The notes under the pieces are model-generated. The model was not told where the DNA came from, made no database searches, and saw nothing but the letters and a program-made list of their open reading frames with translations. Made by a program: the position numbers and the translations under genes. A stretch of DNA of 64,000 bases, from the NCBI GenBank assembly GCA_963765895.1, contig CAVXZB010000019.1, positions 1-64,000 on the forward strand, written 5' to 3'. The DNA comes from an uncultured Nitrososphaeraceae archaeon (lineage in GTDB: Archaea; Thermoproteota; Nitrososphaeria; Nitrososphaerales; Nitrososphaeraceae). Shown here piece after piece: positions 21,387-32,605 of this stretch; the stretch's first letter is position 1; the number at the start of each line of letters is the position of its first letter.

Positions 21387-22578
21387 TCAATATTTCTTTA
21401 AATGATGAATACTTTTCGGATTGTTTATTGAACTTCTCAAGCGCTTTTCCATCAGGTACCTAACCTCTTCTTTTTTCAACTCTTTATAGTGCCTTAGAAT
21501 CTCTACCCTCTTATCGTCGTCTTTTACTAATTCTAAAAAAGTATTCCACTCCCGTCTAAACTTCAAAGCCTGAACAACTATTGATTCCTTAATGGGTTTG
21601 TCAAAGACAGATTTTGCCAGAATTATAGTATTAATGAATGTTTTTACCTGTCTTGGGTTCAACTCAACTCCTTTTTTAATTAGCCCTTTATTATTTTCAA
21701 ACTCTTCAACAAGATCAGAGCCTTGGAGATCTTCTGATATTATATGGCTTATGAATCTGGTTATATCTTGCTCTATCCAAGTTGGTATTTGGAACGGAAG
21801 TTGAACAATCTTCTGCAAATAGTCCAACCCTTTGATATCAGATTCCTCACCATATTTCTTTCTAACTAAAGAATTTATGGTATCCGAGTCCATACCTATA
21901 ACATATACAATTCCTTCGATATCAAAGAAACTCTTCATTGATTCTAGAACTTCTAAAGCTCTATCAGGGGTGCATCTATCTAAATCATCTATAAACACAA
22001 CAATTCTATAGCTTTTATCATCTTTTCTTGCCTCATCTAATCCCTTGCCAAGGAATTCTGTCACATGATAATAAATTGCTTTTTTTATCGTCAGCAACTG
22101 AACCATCTCCTTTCAGTTGATTAGTAAGCTTTTCGAAGTCCACTTCTGCGCTTGCACCTTTGATACCGTATGTAATTTTAGTTGATGCGATAAATGCGGC
22201 TGCAGTGCGCTTTACGCCATTTTTGAAACCATTCCATCTTTTTTCTTTCGCTTTTTTTGATGCGTCTAATGTTAGTTTAACAGTTCTGAGAAATGGGATT
22301 ACCGCAAGGTTTTCTTCCCTTTCATATCTCCAAGCATCAAACCAGACTGTTAAGACTATCTCATTTTCATCAAGAATTTTTTTTGTCATTCGCATCAATG
22401 ATGTCTTTCCAGTTCCCCATCCGCCAAAAATTCCAATAGCGAATCTTGGCGTAGAATTTATTATTATATTTGCTAGTTTCTGGCTATAATCGTTAAAGTC
22501 GAGCGCGTCTTCTGCGGTTGGCTCGTCAGTGATTATCTTTATTACATCAGACTTGGAACCTTTGTCGTTGTGCGACAA
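21387..22578 (-). pseudogene. KAP family P-loop NTPase (frameshift in the homopolymer at ~22085)
   Basis: Walker A GGWGTGKT, WFDAWRYE, Walker B VVFIDDLDRC, YLQKIVQLPF, NPRQVK. Confidence 0.85.
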
Positions 22579-22940
22579 TGTTATCGAATACTTAAATGGA
22601 CTCGAGTCTAATTATGTTATCGTGAACTAGATGACTACTAACAGTATAATTTTCGTAGAATTTTTTTACGTTTAAAAATCTCTAGTAAACAATTGTAATC
22701 TGAAAGGTTAAATAGCATTCGTAGCATGATTTTTGTATTTTGCTAGTAAATCAAACAATTATTTGATCATAAAGTAGATTCTCAGTAGCAATTTTTAACC
22801 CCTCCTATTGTGGTTCATGTAAAGCTCGGTAAAGCGTATCGATGATAGTTTGACTAAGTCATGACTTGCTGGCTAAAGAGTAACGCAGGATATAACGTCA
22901 AGACATTTCATCTAATGTTCAGCCAAAAAATTAATTCTGA

Positions 22941-23123
22941 TTATGACACATACGATAATTCTTTCCGCTCAAATTCCTGTATTCTTGATGATAAAGCCAT
23001 GACTTGGTCTGATAGCTGTGCTATAGCATCATGTTTCATTTTGCCACGATTTCTCAACGATTGATTTAGTTCTTCTATCTCCTCTCCCTTGGTCTGTATA
23101 TCTGCTCCCTGTCTTTCTAGCAA
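22941..23123 (-). pseudogene. C-terminal coiled-coil tail of a thaumarchaeal integrase
   Basis: EELNQSLR..KHDAIAQLSDQVMALSSRIQEFE resembles integrase tails (recall). Confidence 0.5.
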
Positions 23124-23229
23124 ATATGTTCGCTAAGTAGACGGAATTTTACATAAATCTGCTACTTCCTTATGAAGCAGCAATCAATTTTTGCGTCAAA
23201 TAGCTGAAACATGTTTTGCACTTTCGTAA

Positions 23230-23905
23230 CAAATACAAATAGGGACGAAATCACCATGTAAAGACCATAACAAAGAAGGAAAAATACTTAACCTGCATGA
23301 TCTGTGGAGAATTAAACCTACCTACCCAGACATCTACTTCGATGGTTGTAACGCATGGGGGAACGTCTCAGAGGGAATGGATATGCAGGTTTGCATGGGA
23401 CAAAATAAAGCTTATATGCAAAATCTGTAGTGCAATTATTGCAAAAGCGTATCCAAGATTACTTACTCATATTACAGCAAACTAGAATGCTGCTGAACTA
23501 CTGTACAAGGAAGATGCTGAAGAGAATATTGTTATCATAAATTTTGAAGGTTCGAAGACTTCAAATGAATTGGTAGGCAAGGAAGAGTCTCCCACGTTCT
23601 GAGTAAGATTTGGAGAGATTCATTTACCTTCAAATATGAGGATATGATATTTTCTAAATGGAATAAGCATATAAAATCACATTCTAATGAAAGACCTCGT
23701 GAAAAAAAGACTGGATAGCCAATGATATAATCCATCTTAACTATGATTCTATTCCTCAGATGATTAATTCTGATCATGATGGGAAAAATATTGTAGATGA
23801 GGTCACATACCTTGATTTAACAGAAAGTGACTCAAAGGCATATAGAAATGCTTACACAGTATAAGAAATGAAGAGTCTATAAGAAAGAGTAAGGGAAGAT
23901 AGTAT
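23230..23905 (+). pseudogene. Decayed paralog of the multi-Zn-finger gene at 24990..25653
   Basis: Collinear nucleotide similarity (GGAAAAATACTTA, ATAAATTTTGAA..TCGAAGAC, GATTCATTTACCTTCAAA). Confidence 0.7.
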
Positions 23906-24041
23906 CTTGATTTGTATGGTACGGAAATGAAATATAATCCGCGGCCCTAATGATACAGATAACTTTCAAATTACCTTTCATTTAATCAGATATTCTATTT
24001 TGAATCGAATACCTTTAAAGATTAGATTATCTCTTCTAGTA

Positions 24042-24083
24042 TAGGAACCAATTTTAACACCGATATCTGTTCAAACCCCCTTG
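24042..24083 (+). mobile_element. att-like site 6 (class B left arm plus core)
   Basis: TAGGAACCAATTTTAACACCGATATC-TGTTCAAACCCCCTTG. Confidence 0.65.
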
Positions 24084-24263
24084 TTTGTTTGTGCCTGATC
24101 AGGACATTTGTTACATGTTTGAGAGATATCAGGAGGCTATTATTCCATGACTTGTTGCTAAAGCAATTGTACTGATAAACTTTTTATTGAGTTGTTCATG
24201 CTTTCTATTCTTAGACTAACAATGAATTGCTGCTGTCATAATAATAAGTAAGATGTAAGAGCA

Positions 24264-24857
24264 TTGAAGTGCTTTAACTGCTATTCTGAATTTGTACCTA
24301 CACTATCAAAGCCTTTGTGCCAAGGGTGCGGCTTTTGCTACTATTGCAGAGATTTCTTTTCTTGTGTTCACTATGATGGAGGTAATACGGACCATAACAA
24401 AAAACAGAGGCAACAAGAACAACAACAGCTCTCACAATCTCCTTGGAATAATAGAAAGAACAAGAATAATATTCAAAACTGGGATTCCTATAATGATCTT
24501 GTTTCTTCCACCACGCTAACAGCGACAGCTACTGATCCTGAGGATAGTACTGCGGTAATAGTAATTGATGAATCACTAAGGCGCAAATTAGGAAAATTGC
24601 ATATTTTAGAGTTAGTCCAAAATCTGAGAAGTCCAGAGATGAATTGTTATGTTGATATAATTCCCACAGGTACTTCTGATAATGAAATAATCAGAGTATT
24701 TAATTCGTACGTAAATATTCCTGCTATTATTGTGACTTCAGATAAGGGCTTATGTGAAAGATTACCAGCAAACTCATTATTTATAAATAAAAAGAAAGGA
24801 AGTAATGCAGTCAGAGTAATTACCCAGGCAATAAGACATAGAATTTCAAGGTTATAA
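24264..24857 (+). CDS. Zn-ribbon plus PIN-like domain protein
   Basis: N-terminal CxxC x3; C-terminal IVIDES..SDNEI..IVTSDK acidic pattern typical of PIN folds. Confidence 0.55.
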   Translation: MKCFNCYSEFVPTLSKPLCQGCGFCYYCRDFFSCVHYDGGNTDHNKKQRQQEQQQLSQSPWNNRKNKNNIQNWDSYNDLVSSTTLTATATDPEDSTAVIVIDESLRRKLGKLHILELVQNLRSPEMNCYVDIIPTGTSDNEIIRVFNSYVNIPAIIVTSDKGLCERLPANSLFINKKKGSNAVRVITQAIRHRISRL

Positions 24858-24989
24858 TAATAATCCAAATGAGCTAACGCAAATCCTCATTCAAATTGCA
24901 AATAAGTAAATAAATAAACATTTTTTATTACTTACTTATCCCTGAAATTAGAGGCTCATTAAACATTGGTTTGCATTGCTCAGAATAAA

Positions 24990-25653
24990 TACAAATGGGG
25001 ACGATTGTAACATGACGATATCATAACAACAAAGGAAAAATACTTACCTTGTATGCTCTGTGGAAAAAGGAGAATTAAACCTTTACAGAGATATACTTCG
25101 ATGGGTATAACACAGATGCAACACGTCACTGCAGGAATGTGTAGAGAGTGTGCAAGGAAAAGAGTAAAATTAAAATGCAAACTTTGTGGTCAAATTATTG
25201 GGAAAGGATATCCTAAATTATTTCCTCGTACGTTAGGTCACTATCGCCCTTCTCAACTGCTATATAACGGAGAAATTGAAGAGAATATTATTTTTATAAA
25301 TTTTGAAAGCTCGAAGACATCAAATCAAATGTTTGTGGGAGATGACCATGCGTATACTTTAAGGTGCAAAATCTGCAGAGATTCATTTACCTTCAAAAAT
25401 CAAGGGACAACGTTTTCTAAATGGATTGATCACATAAAATCACATTATATTGATAAAGATTTGGTAAAAAAAGAGTGATTGCCAAAGATATGATCTATCT
25501 TAATTATGACTCTGTTCTTGAAATAATTAGCTCTTACCGGCATAACAACGATGCCACTTATCGTGAGTTAACAGAACGTGAAGGCGAAGCATACAGGAAT
25601 GCTTTACATCGTATAAGAAGCGAAGAATCTATGACAAAGAGTAAAGATAGGTA
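24990..25653 (+). pseudogene. Multi-Zn-finger protein (several CxxC plus C2H2), frameshift at an A-run ~25470
   Basis: CMLC, CREC, CKLC, CKIC..H...H; the downstream frame continues to the stop at 25653. Confidence 0.6.
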
Positions 25654-25715
25654 GCATCTCTACTTACCTACCTTGAATTGAAAACGTTTAATGCTTAGAT
25701 TGCTTTTAATAAATC

Positions 25716-25762
25716 TAGGAACCAATTTTAGCATCGATATCTGTCCGAACCCCCTTGGGCCC
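25716..25762 (+). mobile_element. att-like site 7 (class B left arm plus core)
   Basis: TAGGAACCAATTTTAGCATCGATATC-TGTCCGAACCCCCTTGGGCCC. Confidence 0.7.
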
Positions 25763-26020
25763 AAATCGATCTTGTTTAGTCTCTTACACTGATAGGACTA
25801 AACTCAGCTGTGGTAAATTCTTTGTTCTTACAAAATAATTTAGTAGAACAAAGGAACATTTTATATGACTTTATCAACGTGAAGAACTTGTTAAAAGAGC
25901 TTATACGTTTTGTTTATATAAGTAGGCGCAAAACCTTGCGGCCTCTGGCTTAAATGCAGAGGCTAAGCAAGGATCATGTGCAGTTAACCGCTGATCGGCT
26001 CTTTCAAGCGTGAATATATA

Positions 26021-26185
26021 ATGGCTGATATCGAAAATGAGAAAATCATACCACCATTAAAGTTAATGACCAAAAGTGAGGTAGTAAATGATTTGCTTAA
26101 ACTTCTAGATATGGTTCAAAAACATGCAGATAAGGAAGGATGTCAACATTGCCTTGATATACTAGAATCTGTCTTTGAACACTAA
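26021..26185 (+). CDS. Small 54-aa CxxC protein (not in the ORF track)
   Basis: MADIENEKIIPPLKL..EGCQHCLDILESVFEH*. Confidence 0.45.
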   Translation: MADIENEKIIPPLKLMTKSEVVNDLLKLLDMVQKHADKEGCQHCLDILESVFEH

Positions 26186-26267
26186 GAATAAAGACCTTTG
26201 GCCGGTCGGCACACGCTAGTTGAATATGATGCAATATTTAGGCCTACTATAAGGTGCTCACAAATTG

Positions 26268-26430
26268 ATATCTATAGATAGTAGCAATTGATGGATGTGA
26301 ACCAATATATTTAATTCAATCTATAGCCAAGTCTTAACACATCGGACAGTATCGGATTTTGACATGTCCCGTGTAATTATATCGGAAACACTGTCTTATA
26401 ATACAGATGTGCGGCGCGCCAGATTATAAA
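26268..26430 (+). repeat. ~165-bp dispersed repeat, copy 1
   Basis: GTAGCAATTGATGGATGTGAACCAATATATTTAATTCA..GCCAGATTATAAA also at 31088-31256. Confidence 0.85.
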
Positions 26431-26556
26431 TATTCTGGGTGACTATGTTAAGTCCTCGGATGCCGAGAATACGCTTTTCCTCAATGGCACTATTCATATT
26501 TCAATTTGAAAATCGCCATTTAAGGCGGGCTAGACGGCTACCTAAGAGAATAATAC

Positions 26557-27135
26557 ATGAATAATAATGACAGTGACAATGACAATAACATGACAGTGCA
26601 AATAGCAACGCTTGCTAATGGGTGTTTTTGGTGTAGCGAAGCAATCTTCAAAAGGCTCAAAGGCGTCAAATCGGTTCTACCTGGATATTCAGGAGGAATA
26701 GTAGAAAATCCTTCTTATGAGCAAGTATGTACAGGAAAAACAGGGCATACAGAGTCAATTCAAATAGAATTTGATCCAACAGTGATACCTTATGAAAAAA
26801 TCCTTGATGTTTTCTGGCATACTCATGATCCAACTACTCTTAATAGACAAGGCAACGATGTTGGCACACAGTATAGATCTGCAATTTTTTATCATGATCA
26901 AAAACAAAAAGAAATTGCCGAGAAGTCAAAAAGGGATCTTGAAAAAGCGGATGTTTACAAAAATCCAATTGTGACTGAAATTACTGCTTTTAAAAACTTT
27001 TATGTTGCAGAGGATTACCACAAAAATTACTATGAGGAACATCAGGATGCTCCATATTGCAGTGTTGTCATTAATCCCAAAGTACGCAAATTAATTCAGA
27101 AATATGGAAACGATCTAGAAAATAGATACAAGTAA
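26557..27135 (+). CDS. msrA: Peptide methionine sulfoxide reductase A
   Basis: GCFWC, GYSGG, HDPTTLNRQGNDVGTQYRS, AEDYH motifs. Confidence 0.95.
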   Translation: MNNNDSDNDNNMTVQIATLANGCFWCSEAIFKRLKGVKSVLPGYSGGIVENPSYEQVCTGKTGHTESIQIEFDPTVIPYEKILDVFWHTHDPTTLNRQGNDVGTQYRSAIFYHDQKQKEIAEKSKRDLEKADVYKNPIVTEITAFKNFYVAEDYHKNYYEEHQDAPYCSVVINPKVRKLIQKYGNDLENRYK

Positions 27136-27602
27136 TCTACTACACTGACATTTCGCCGCACAAATAGGCTAGATCAAGTAACGTTATCAAATAATATTTT
27201 CAGTGAATTACCAAATTAGGATCTCGAGCTCTATCGTTTCCTACCTTGCTATACTTCTGGTTCGACTTTCTAATGTATTAACTTGTGTATAGGCGACGCT
27301 ACGATATATAGAACGCGCCCTCATCACTGTCATTGTCATTATCATCCATTCCAGATCATGATTCTTGGATTGTCACTATCTGGCATTTTGGTTCTGATTC
27401 TTATAAGGAATATGCTGGTGAGAGATTCGAGAGAGATTCGAGAGTACATGGGAAGATGGGCAAAACGCTTTGATGCGCATATACACGAAAGACCTGAATG
27501 GAGTGACTAGAATCAGAAGAGAATGCCAAGAATATCCTAATAAAAGATTTGATGAGGCAATAGACGAGAAACTAACTGTTACGAGAGAAATGCGCGTGCC
27601 AA

Positions 27603-27845
27603 TTGCTAAAAATGCTTAGACTATTAGTTAACCATGGAGATCTAGGCAGATTGATAGCCCGAACAAGCGGCGCCATTATGATGATAAACGAATCTATTTT
27701 TATTGTTAAATCAAAATCTAGCTCCTCCACTTACAATATCAATACCACGAAACCTGGATTGGATTGTTCATGCCCAGATTCTATTTGTCGCGGCGCCAAA
27801 TGCAAGCACATACATGTAGTCGAATTTTATCGCCAACAAAATTGA
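27603..27845 (+). pseudogene. SWIM zinc-finger remnant
   Basis: CSCPDSICRGAKCKHI. Confidence 0.6.
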
Positions 27846-28333
27846 ATAGGATGACAGTGAATTATACACCCAAATAACACGTTCTAAATACTATTAGTTT
27901 TTCTCAGCTAACCACTTCTGATGCTGTTTCGTTTGCGCATTGTAAGAGAGTGACAAGGTTCCTGATCCCTTTATAATGATTTTAATCATGATATCGAATA
28001 ATGAATACAACGATAGCTATAGTGGTATCAACACTGACATATGCTATCCTTTTGTCTATAGTATGGTCAACAGCACTGACTCATTAGCTCCTGCAGCCAG
28101 TGCACAAACAGAAGGCAAAATCTCCTGCGTCAGATTATTATTGCCCCCCGTCTTACCTGAATGCCCACCTGCTAGGGCGCTGGAATTACCTGTAATGTTA
28201 TTACCAGTTAGAATTCTTAGTATATAGATGTCCGCCTACACCAGCAAGTAGTTGTTATCCGATGTGAATAAATATTTTGGACAACAGAAGTAATATTTAT
28301 GAGCAACAAAAATGATCATTCTAATTTGAGTAT

Positions 28334-28813
28334 ATGCCTCGTAAGACTATTGATGATGATAATAATGGCACCCTTTCGAACCAGAAAGGAGAAAAGGAGT
28401 CTCTGTTAGTGAAAAACAAACAGCCTGAAGAACAGTTATCGGTTGGACAAGATATTGAAACTGAAGTGCTTGAGGAAAAAGATGATGAAATGATATCTTC
28501 ATTAACACCAACTAAACGAAAGGTAGATGAACAATTATCAAAGGCAAAAGGAAAGAGGAAAAGAGGAAAAGAAAAAAGATTGGTAAAACATACTACGAAA
28601 TTGGTTGAATCGAGACTGACATCGGATCTGAAAAAAGAGCTTGCAAAACAAGCCAGTAATATAGATCAGATAACAAAAATTCTCAAGCCATTGCAAAAAT
28701 ACACTATAATGACAGAAAAACAGTTCAAGTCAATCAAGCAGATCGAGGTACAAATAAAGCAACTACAAAAACAGACCTTCGATATCCTAAAGGCAGTCCG
28801 AAAGGTCAAATAA
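28334..28813 (+). CDS. Basic coiled-coil hypothetical protein
   Basis: 159 aa K/Q/E-rich ORF. Confidence 0.55.
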   Translation: MPRKTIDDDNNGTLSNQKGEKESLLVKNKQPEEQLSVGQDIETEVLEEKDDEMISSLTPTKRKVDEQLSKAKGKRKRGKEKRLVKHTTKLVESRLTSDLKKELAKQASNIDQITKILKPLQKYTIMTEKQFKSIKQIEVQIKQLQKQTFDILKAVRKVK

Positions 28814-29184
28814 TTGTATCATGAATAAAAATAAAATAAACAGAGGATGAGGAAATGCTGGCATAGGCATGATGATTGATATCGCTGCGCCACCAAATCT
28901 AAAGATGCGTCTGATAAGAGTAATTCACACAGACTGAGGATCGGTCTATAATATTCATTCAGTGGAGTATACTGAATCGACTTAAAGTAATCAGAATGAA
29001 ATCGGAACAATTTAAACCTGATCAAATCGTTTGTAACAGTTTCTTATTCTGACGCTGACGTTGTCGTCAAAGAAGTGACCTTTTGATAAATGGAATAATG
29101 TATACTTAACCTTGACCCCAGACCATACCATAGACATATTGTTATTTGCAAAAAACTGATAGACCTAAAAGTAATGCTGAACCG

Positions 29185-29355
29185 TCAACGACAGAATCCA
29201 GCAAATAGGTTGTAAGTCTGTGCACTAACACTTGCTAGCGCCTTTTGTAATTCTTTGTTAGGGTTCCCGTGAACGTCAAACCTACTTATCCTAGAGACAC
29301 TGAAAATCTTTGGAAGTATCGTTTGCGATGCAATGCCCTTAATGTGAGCAAGTAC
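29185..29355 (-). pseudogene. C-terminal half of an ABM-like (dimeric alpha-beta barrel) protein
   Basis: VLAHIKG..SRFDVHGNPNKELQKALA..YNLFAGFCR*; its 5' part is replaced by the 76-aa gene. Confidence 0.5.
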
Positions 29356-29356
29356 A

Positions 29357-29587
29357 TTATCCTAACTTAATTTGTTGGTCTGTTTGTCTCTTTCTTCGAA
29401 TTTCCTCGTCCATTATCATAGCTAGCATTTGCTGCATGGCTTCTACCTCCGCTAAGTTATCCTCAACAATCCGCATGTTGAACTTGCCCGGGTCTACTGC
29501 CTTTTTCTTCTTTTCAATTTCTTTGTAAATCATTTTCTTGACTTCAGCTATTGTTAGTTCTTTTTGCTTTGGCTTTGGCTTTGGCAT
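29357..29587 (-). CDS. Small basic helical protein, paralog of 44015..44233
   Basis: KELT..KKMIYKEIEKK..NMRI.EDNL.EVE..RKRQTDQ..KLG conserved in both copies. Confidence 0.75.
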   Translation of the reverse strand: MPKPKPKQKELTIAEVKKMIYKEIEKKKKAVDPGKFNMRIVEDNLAEVEAMQQMLAMIMDEEIRRKRQTDQQIKLG

Positions 29588-30054
29588 TCATGATATGGTC
29601 ATTCTATAGGTGGCGATTTCTATAGTCAGAAGAACTGGGGGTAGAGGGACTCTAGTGTACTATTATTTGTTAGTAGGTTCTGGCTATTAATTATCTTAAT
29701 GGGATCAAAGGCACCCCAACTACCGAGAAGGTATACTATGTACAATTATCCTGGTCGCTTTTACTACTCCGATGTCACGGCGCAATCGAGGTTGATAACA
29801 ACTCACCCAGGGAAGAAATCTATCAAGTTTTACGACGATGATTATTCTATAATTTCTTCTTCAGCGGAACAATCCCATTATAGGCAAGGCTTGCTCAGAA
29901 ACCGAGCCAGCGGCGCTAGTAATCAACTGTTTATAGCAAGTTTGTTACCCTTCTAATGTTGTTATAGAACAAAACACATAGCTAAAGCTTCTAGCTTTGG
30001 TTCTGTAGCTGATATAAAAACTAAAGCTCATCAGTTAGCTGGGTAGACGGCTGT

Positions 30055-30849
30055 TTGGCTTCGAGGACTTGGAAGGGAAGTATAAGCTTTGGGTTAGTCA
30101 ATATCCCGGTAGGAGTGTATCTAGCTACAAAAAATGCAGAATTTTCCTTTAACCAACTATGTTCCAATGGTCATAGGATTCGTTATAAAAAATGGTGCCC
30201 TGTTGAGGAGCGAGAGGTAGCATATTCAGAAATAGAAAAAGGTTACGAGATTGCAAAGGACCAATATGTCGTACTTGAAAAGAAAGATTTAGAGACAATA
30301 AAACTCAAAACAACAAACACTATAGACATTAAAGAATTTGTAGACGAAAAAGAGCTCGATCCAATTATGATTGAAAAAAGCTATTTTATAACTCCGGACA
30401 ATAAGAACAAAAATGATAAGGCATACTCACTTCTTGTAAAAGTACTGACTGAAACTAAGAAAATAGCACTAGGAAAAATAGTGCTTAAGGATAAAGAGCA
30501 TGTTGTCGCTCTTCGACCCTATCAGAGAGTAATAGTAATGCATCTACTTCATTATATAGATGATATACGACCGGTAGATGAAATTAATGAACTTAGAGAT
30601 CTACAGCGTGCTGCTGTTGATAATAAAGAATTGTCATTGGGAAAACTGCTAGTTGAAAACCTATCTAGCGAACAGTTTGATCTAAGCAAGTATTCAGATG
30701 CATATTCTAAGGAACTAGAAAAACTGATAGAATCAAAGGTCAAGGGTAGAACGGTAGTCGCTGAACCACAAAAAGTCAAAGAGGAAGAGACCAGAGACCT
30801 TGTAGCAGCATTAAAGGCTAGCCTACAAAAGACAAAGGCAGAGGGATAA
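30055..30849 (+). CDS. ku: Prokaryotic Ku DNA end-binding protein (NHEJ)
   Basis: WKGSISFGLVNIPV, RIRYKK, KGYE, DLVAALKASL motifs. Confidence 0.93.
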   Translation: MASRTWKGSISFGLVNIPVGVYLATKNAEFSFNQLCSNGHRIRYKKWCPVEEREVAYSEIEKGYEIAKDQYVVLEKKDLETIKLKTTNTIDIKEFVDEKELDPIMIEKSYFITPDNKNKNDKAYSLLVKVLTETKKIALGKIVLKDKEHVVALRPYQRVIVMHLLHYIDDIRPVDEINELRDLQRAAVDNKELSLGKLLVENLSSEQFDLSKYSDAYSKELEKLIESKVKGRTVVAEPQKVKEEETRDLVAALKASLQKTKAEG

Positions 30850-31087
30850 ACACAACAATTACCAACATGTGCTGTGTGCGAACTAAGAGATTTGTGGGTT
30901 TCAGGACAAGTGTAATATATATCTAGAGTCAATAGAGCAGTAGAAAGTACAATGATCTTGCGAAACATAAATTAGAACTATTAATATTGTCCAAACTTAC
31001 TCATGACTAGCTGGTTTTATTGATAGGTAAAACTGTCAGTCAGACTTGATAAACACATAAACAAAATCTGTCGACGATACAAATTAT

Positions 31088-31256
31088 GATATCTATAAGT
31101 AGTAGCAATTGATGGATGTGAACCAATATATTTAATTCAGTCTATAGCCAGTAAGTCTTAATACATCATACAGTATCGGATTCTTGAAACACCCAGAATA
31201 ATTATATCGGAAACAAGCCTTCTAGTACAGTTGTGCGGTGCCGCCAGATTATAAAC
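31088..31256 (+). repeat. ~165-bp dispersed repeat, copy 2
   Basis: Matches 26268-26430. Confidence 0.85.
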
Positions 31257-31530
31257 ATTTTAAATAGCAGATTTGATGTATAGTGAAGCCTCGGCCTGAT
31301 GATAATTGATCATTTATATCATGATCCACCACAAAGTCCATATTTTTAAAGATAGTAGACTGACGCAATATGGTTTCAATAATTTAGCGAAAGCGGGCCG
31401 CATGCTAATATTATGAAAAAAGAGAAAAAAAGAGGTTTGCTTGAGGCACAAGGGATTCTTGTAAATTATAGTTGTATCAGATCGTGACTTGACATAAAAC
31501 ATATAATTTCGAAATAGTCAACTTAACATA

Positions 31531-31855
31531 GTGACAAAAATAGTAAGCATACCGATAGCCTTTGTAACACTGATACTTTTATCAACCACAGCATCATCGG
31601 TCTTCAGTACAGCACATGCTCAAACAAATGCAACATCAGCAAACCAAACAGGTAAGACGTCATCATCCGACAACAACACAATCTGAACAAGCATCACGAT
31701 CTATAAAAGGTGCAATAACTAGTACAAGACAGTTTTTAAACAACGCAACTCAGAAAATAGCTGGATCAAAACCCGTACAAGCTATTGTAAATGAAAGTTC
31801 AGATTTGCTGGGTAATGCAACAGTGGCGACAAAAAATTTCTTTAATCCTAAATAG
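31531..31855 (+). pseudogene. Small secreted protein, frameshifted
   Basis: GTG start VTKIVSIPIAFVTLILL..AHAQTN signal joins the 31616..31855 frame. Confidence 0.5.
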
Positions 31856-32001
31856 TCAAGTAAGAACTGCGCAGAAAATGTAGGAGGCATGCAAAACAAA
31901 TGATGTTACAACTCGTGGCCGCATTTCCAGATGATTAATAGACGATCACGTCTATATCGCTAGCGATATTTTAGACAGATAGAACAAGATAATACTAGGT
32001 A

Positions 32002-32229
32002 TTACTCTTCAGGCTTCAGATAGGCACGGAAGACAGTCAACGCGTCCAAATCTTGCTCTTCGGCGTGGAAGCTACAAAAATGCTCCCAGATCTGTTGATT
32101 TAGTTTCTTACAATCAAGTGAAGTATCTGCTATCTGAGTTTGGCATTTTGTACATGTATAATAAACCATTTTTATCTTCAAGCCAAGAAGAAGATAAGAT
32201 GACTTATTCAAATATTTCGGTGCTCCCAA
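32002..32229 (-). CDS. Small C2H2-type Zn-finger protein
   Basis: YTCTKC..WEHFCSFH. Confidence 0.5.
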   Translation of the reverse strand: MGAPKYLNKSSYLLLGLKIKMVYYTCTKCQTQIADTSLDCKKLNQQIWEHFCSFHAEEQDLDALTVFRAYLKPEE

Positions 32230-32605
32230 TTTTTATCAATAATTCATGAATGTCATAGGATAATAATTTCTAGAGCTGCGGATCAACTAAAGTCTTTTTA
32301 TTTCTTGATTTTATAAGCACAATTCTCGCGGCTAAAACCCAAGCGACATATCAAGAAACGACCAACCAATAAAACCGCTCCTTTGTTAAATGGTACGTGG
32401 TAGTTCGTTACTCACCAGTTCATTCGTAACCATCATGATTCGGGATATCCCTCGGTTTCAAAAAAGTGAGCACATTATAATTCATTAATCCATATTCAAC
32501 TTTATTAGTTGATGTGACACTGCTGTCTACATGAATTCTTTCTTGACTATGCATGCTGGGTTTAGGCGAACAAAAGAAAATGGGAAGAATTTCGATTTTA
32601 GGGCC

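Noticed and set aside
11647-25762. Intact tRNA genes at the GGGCCC motifs
   Set aside because: Only 3'-end-like fragments; no 5' acceptor strand, D arm or anticodon arm upstream
25988-26015. Hammerhead ribozyme core (CTGATCGG...GAA)
   Set aside because: Does not match the CUGAnGA/GAAA consensus and lacks supporting stems
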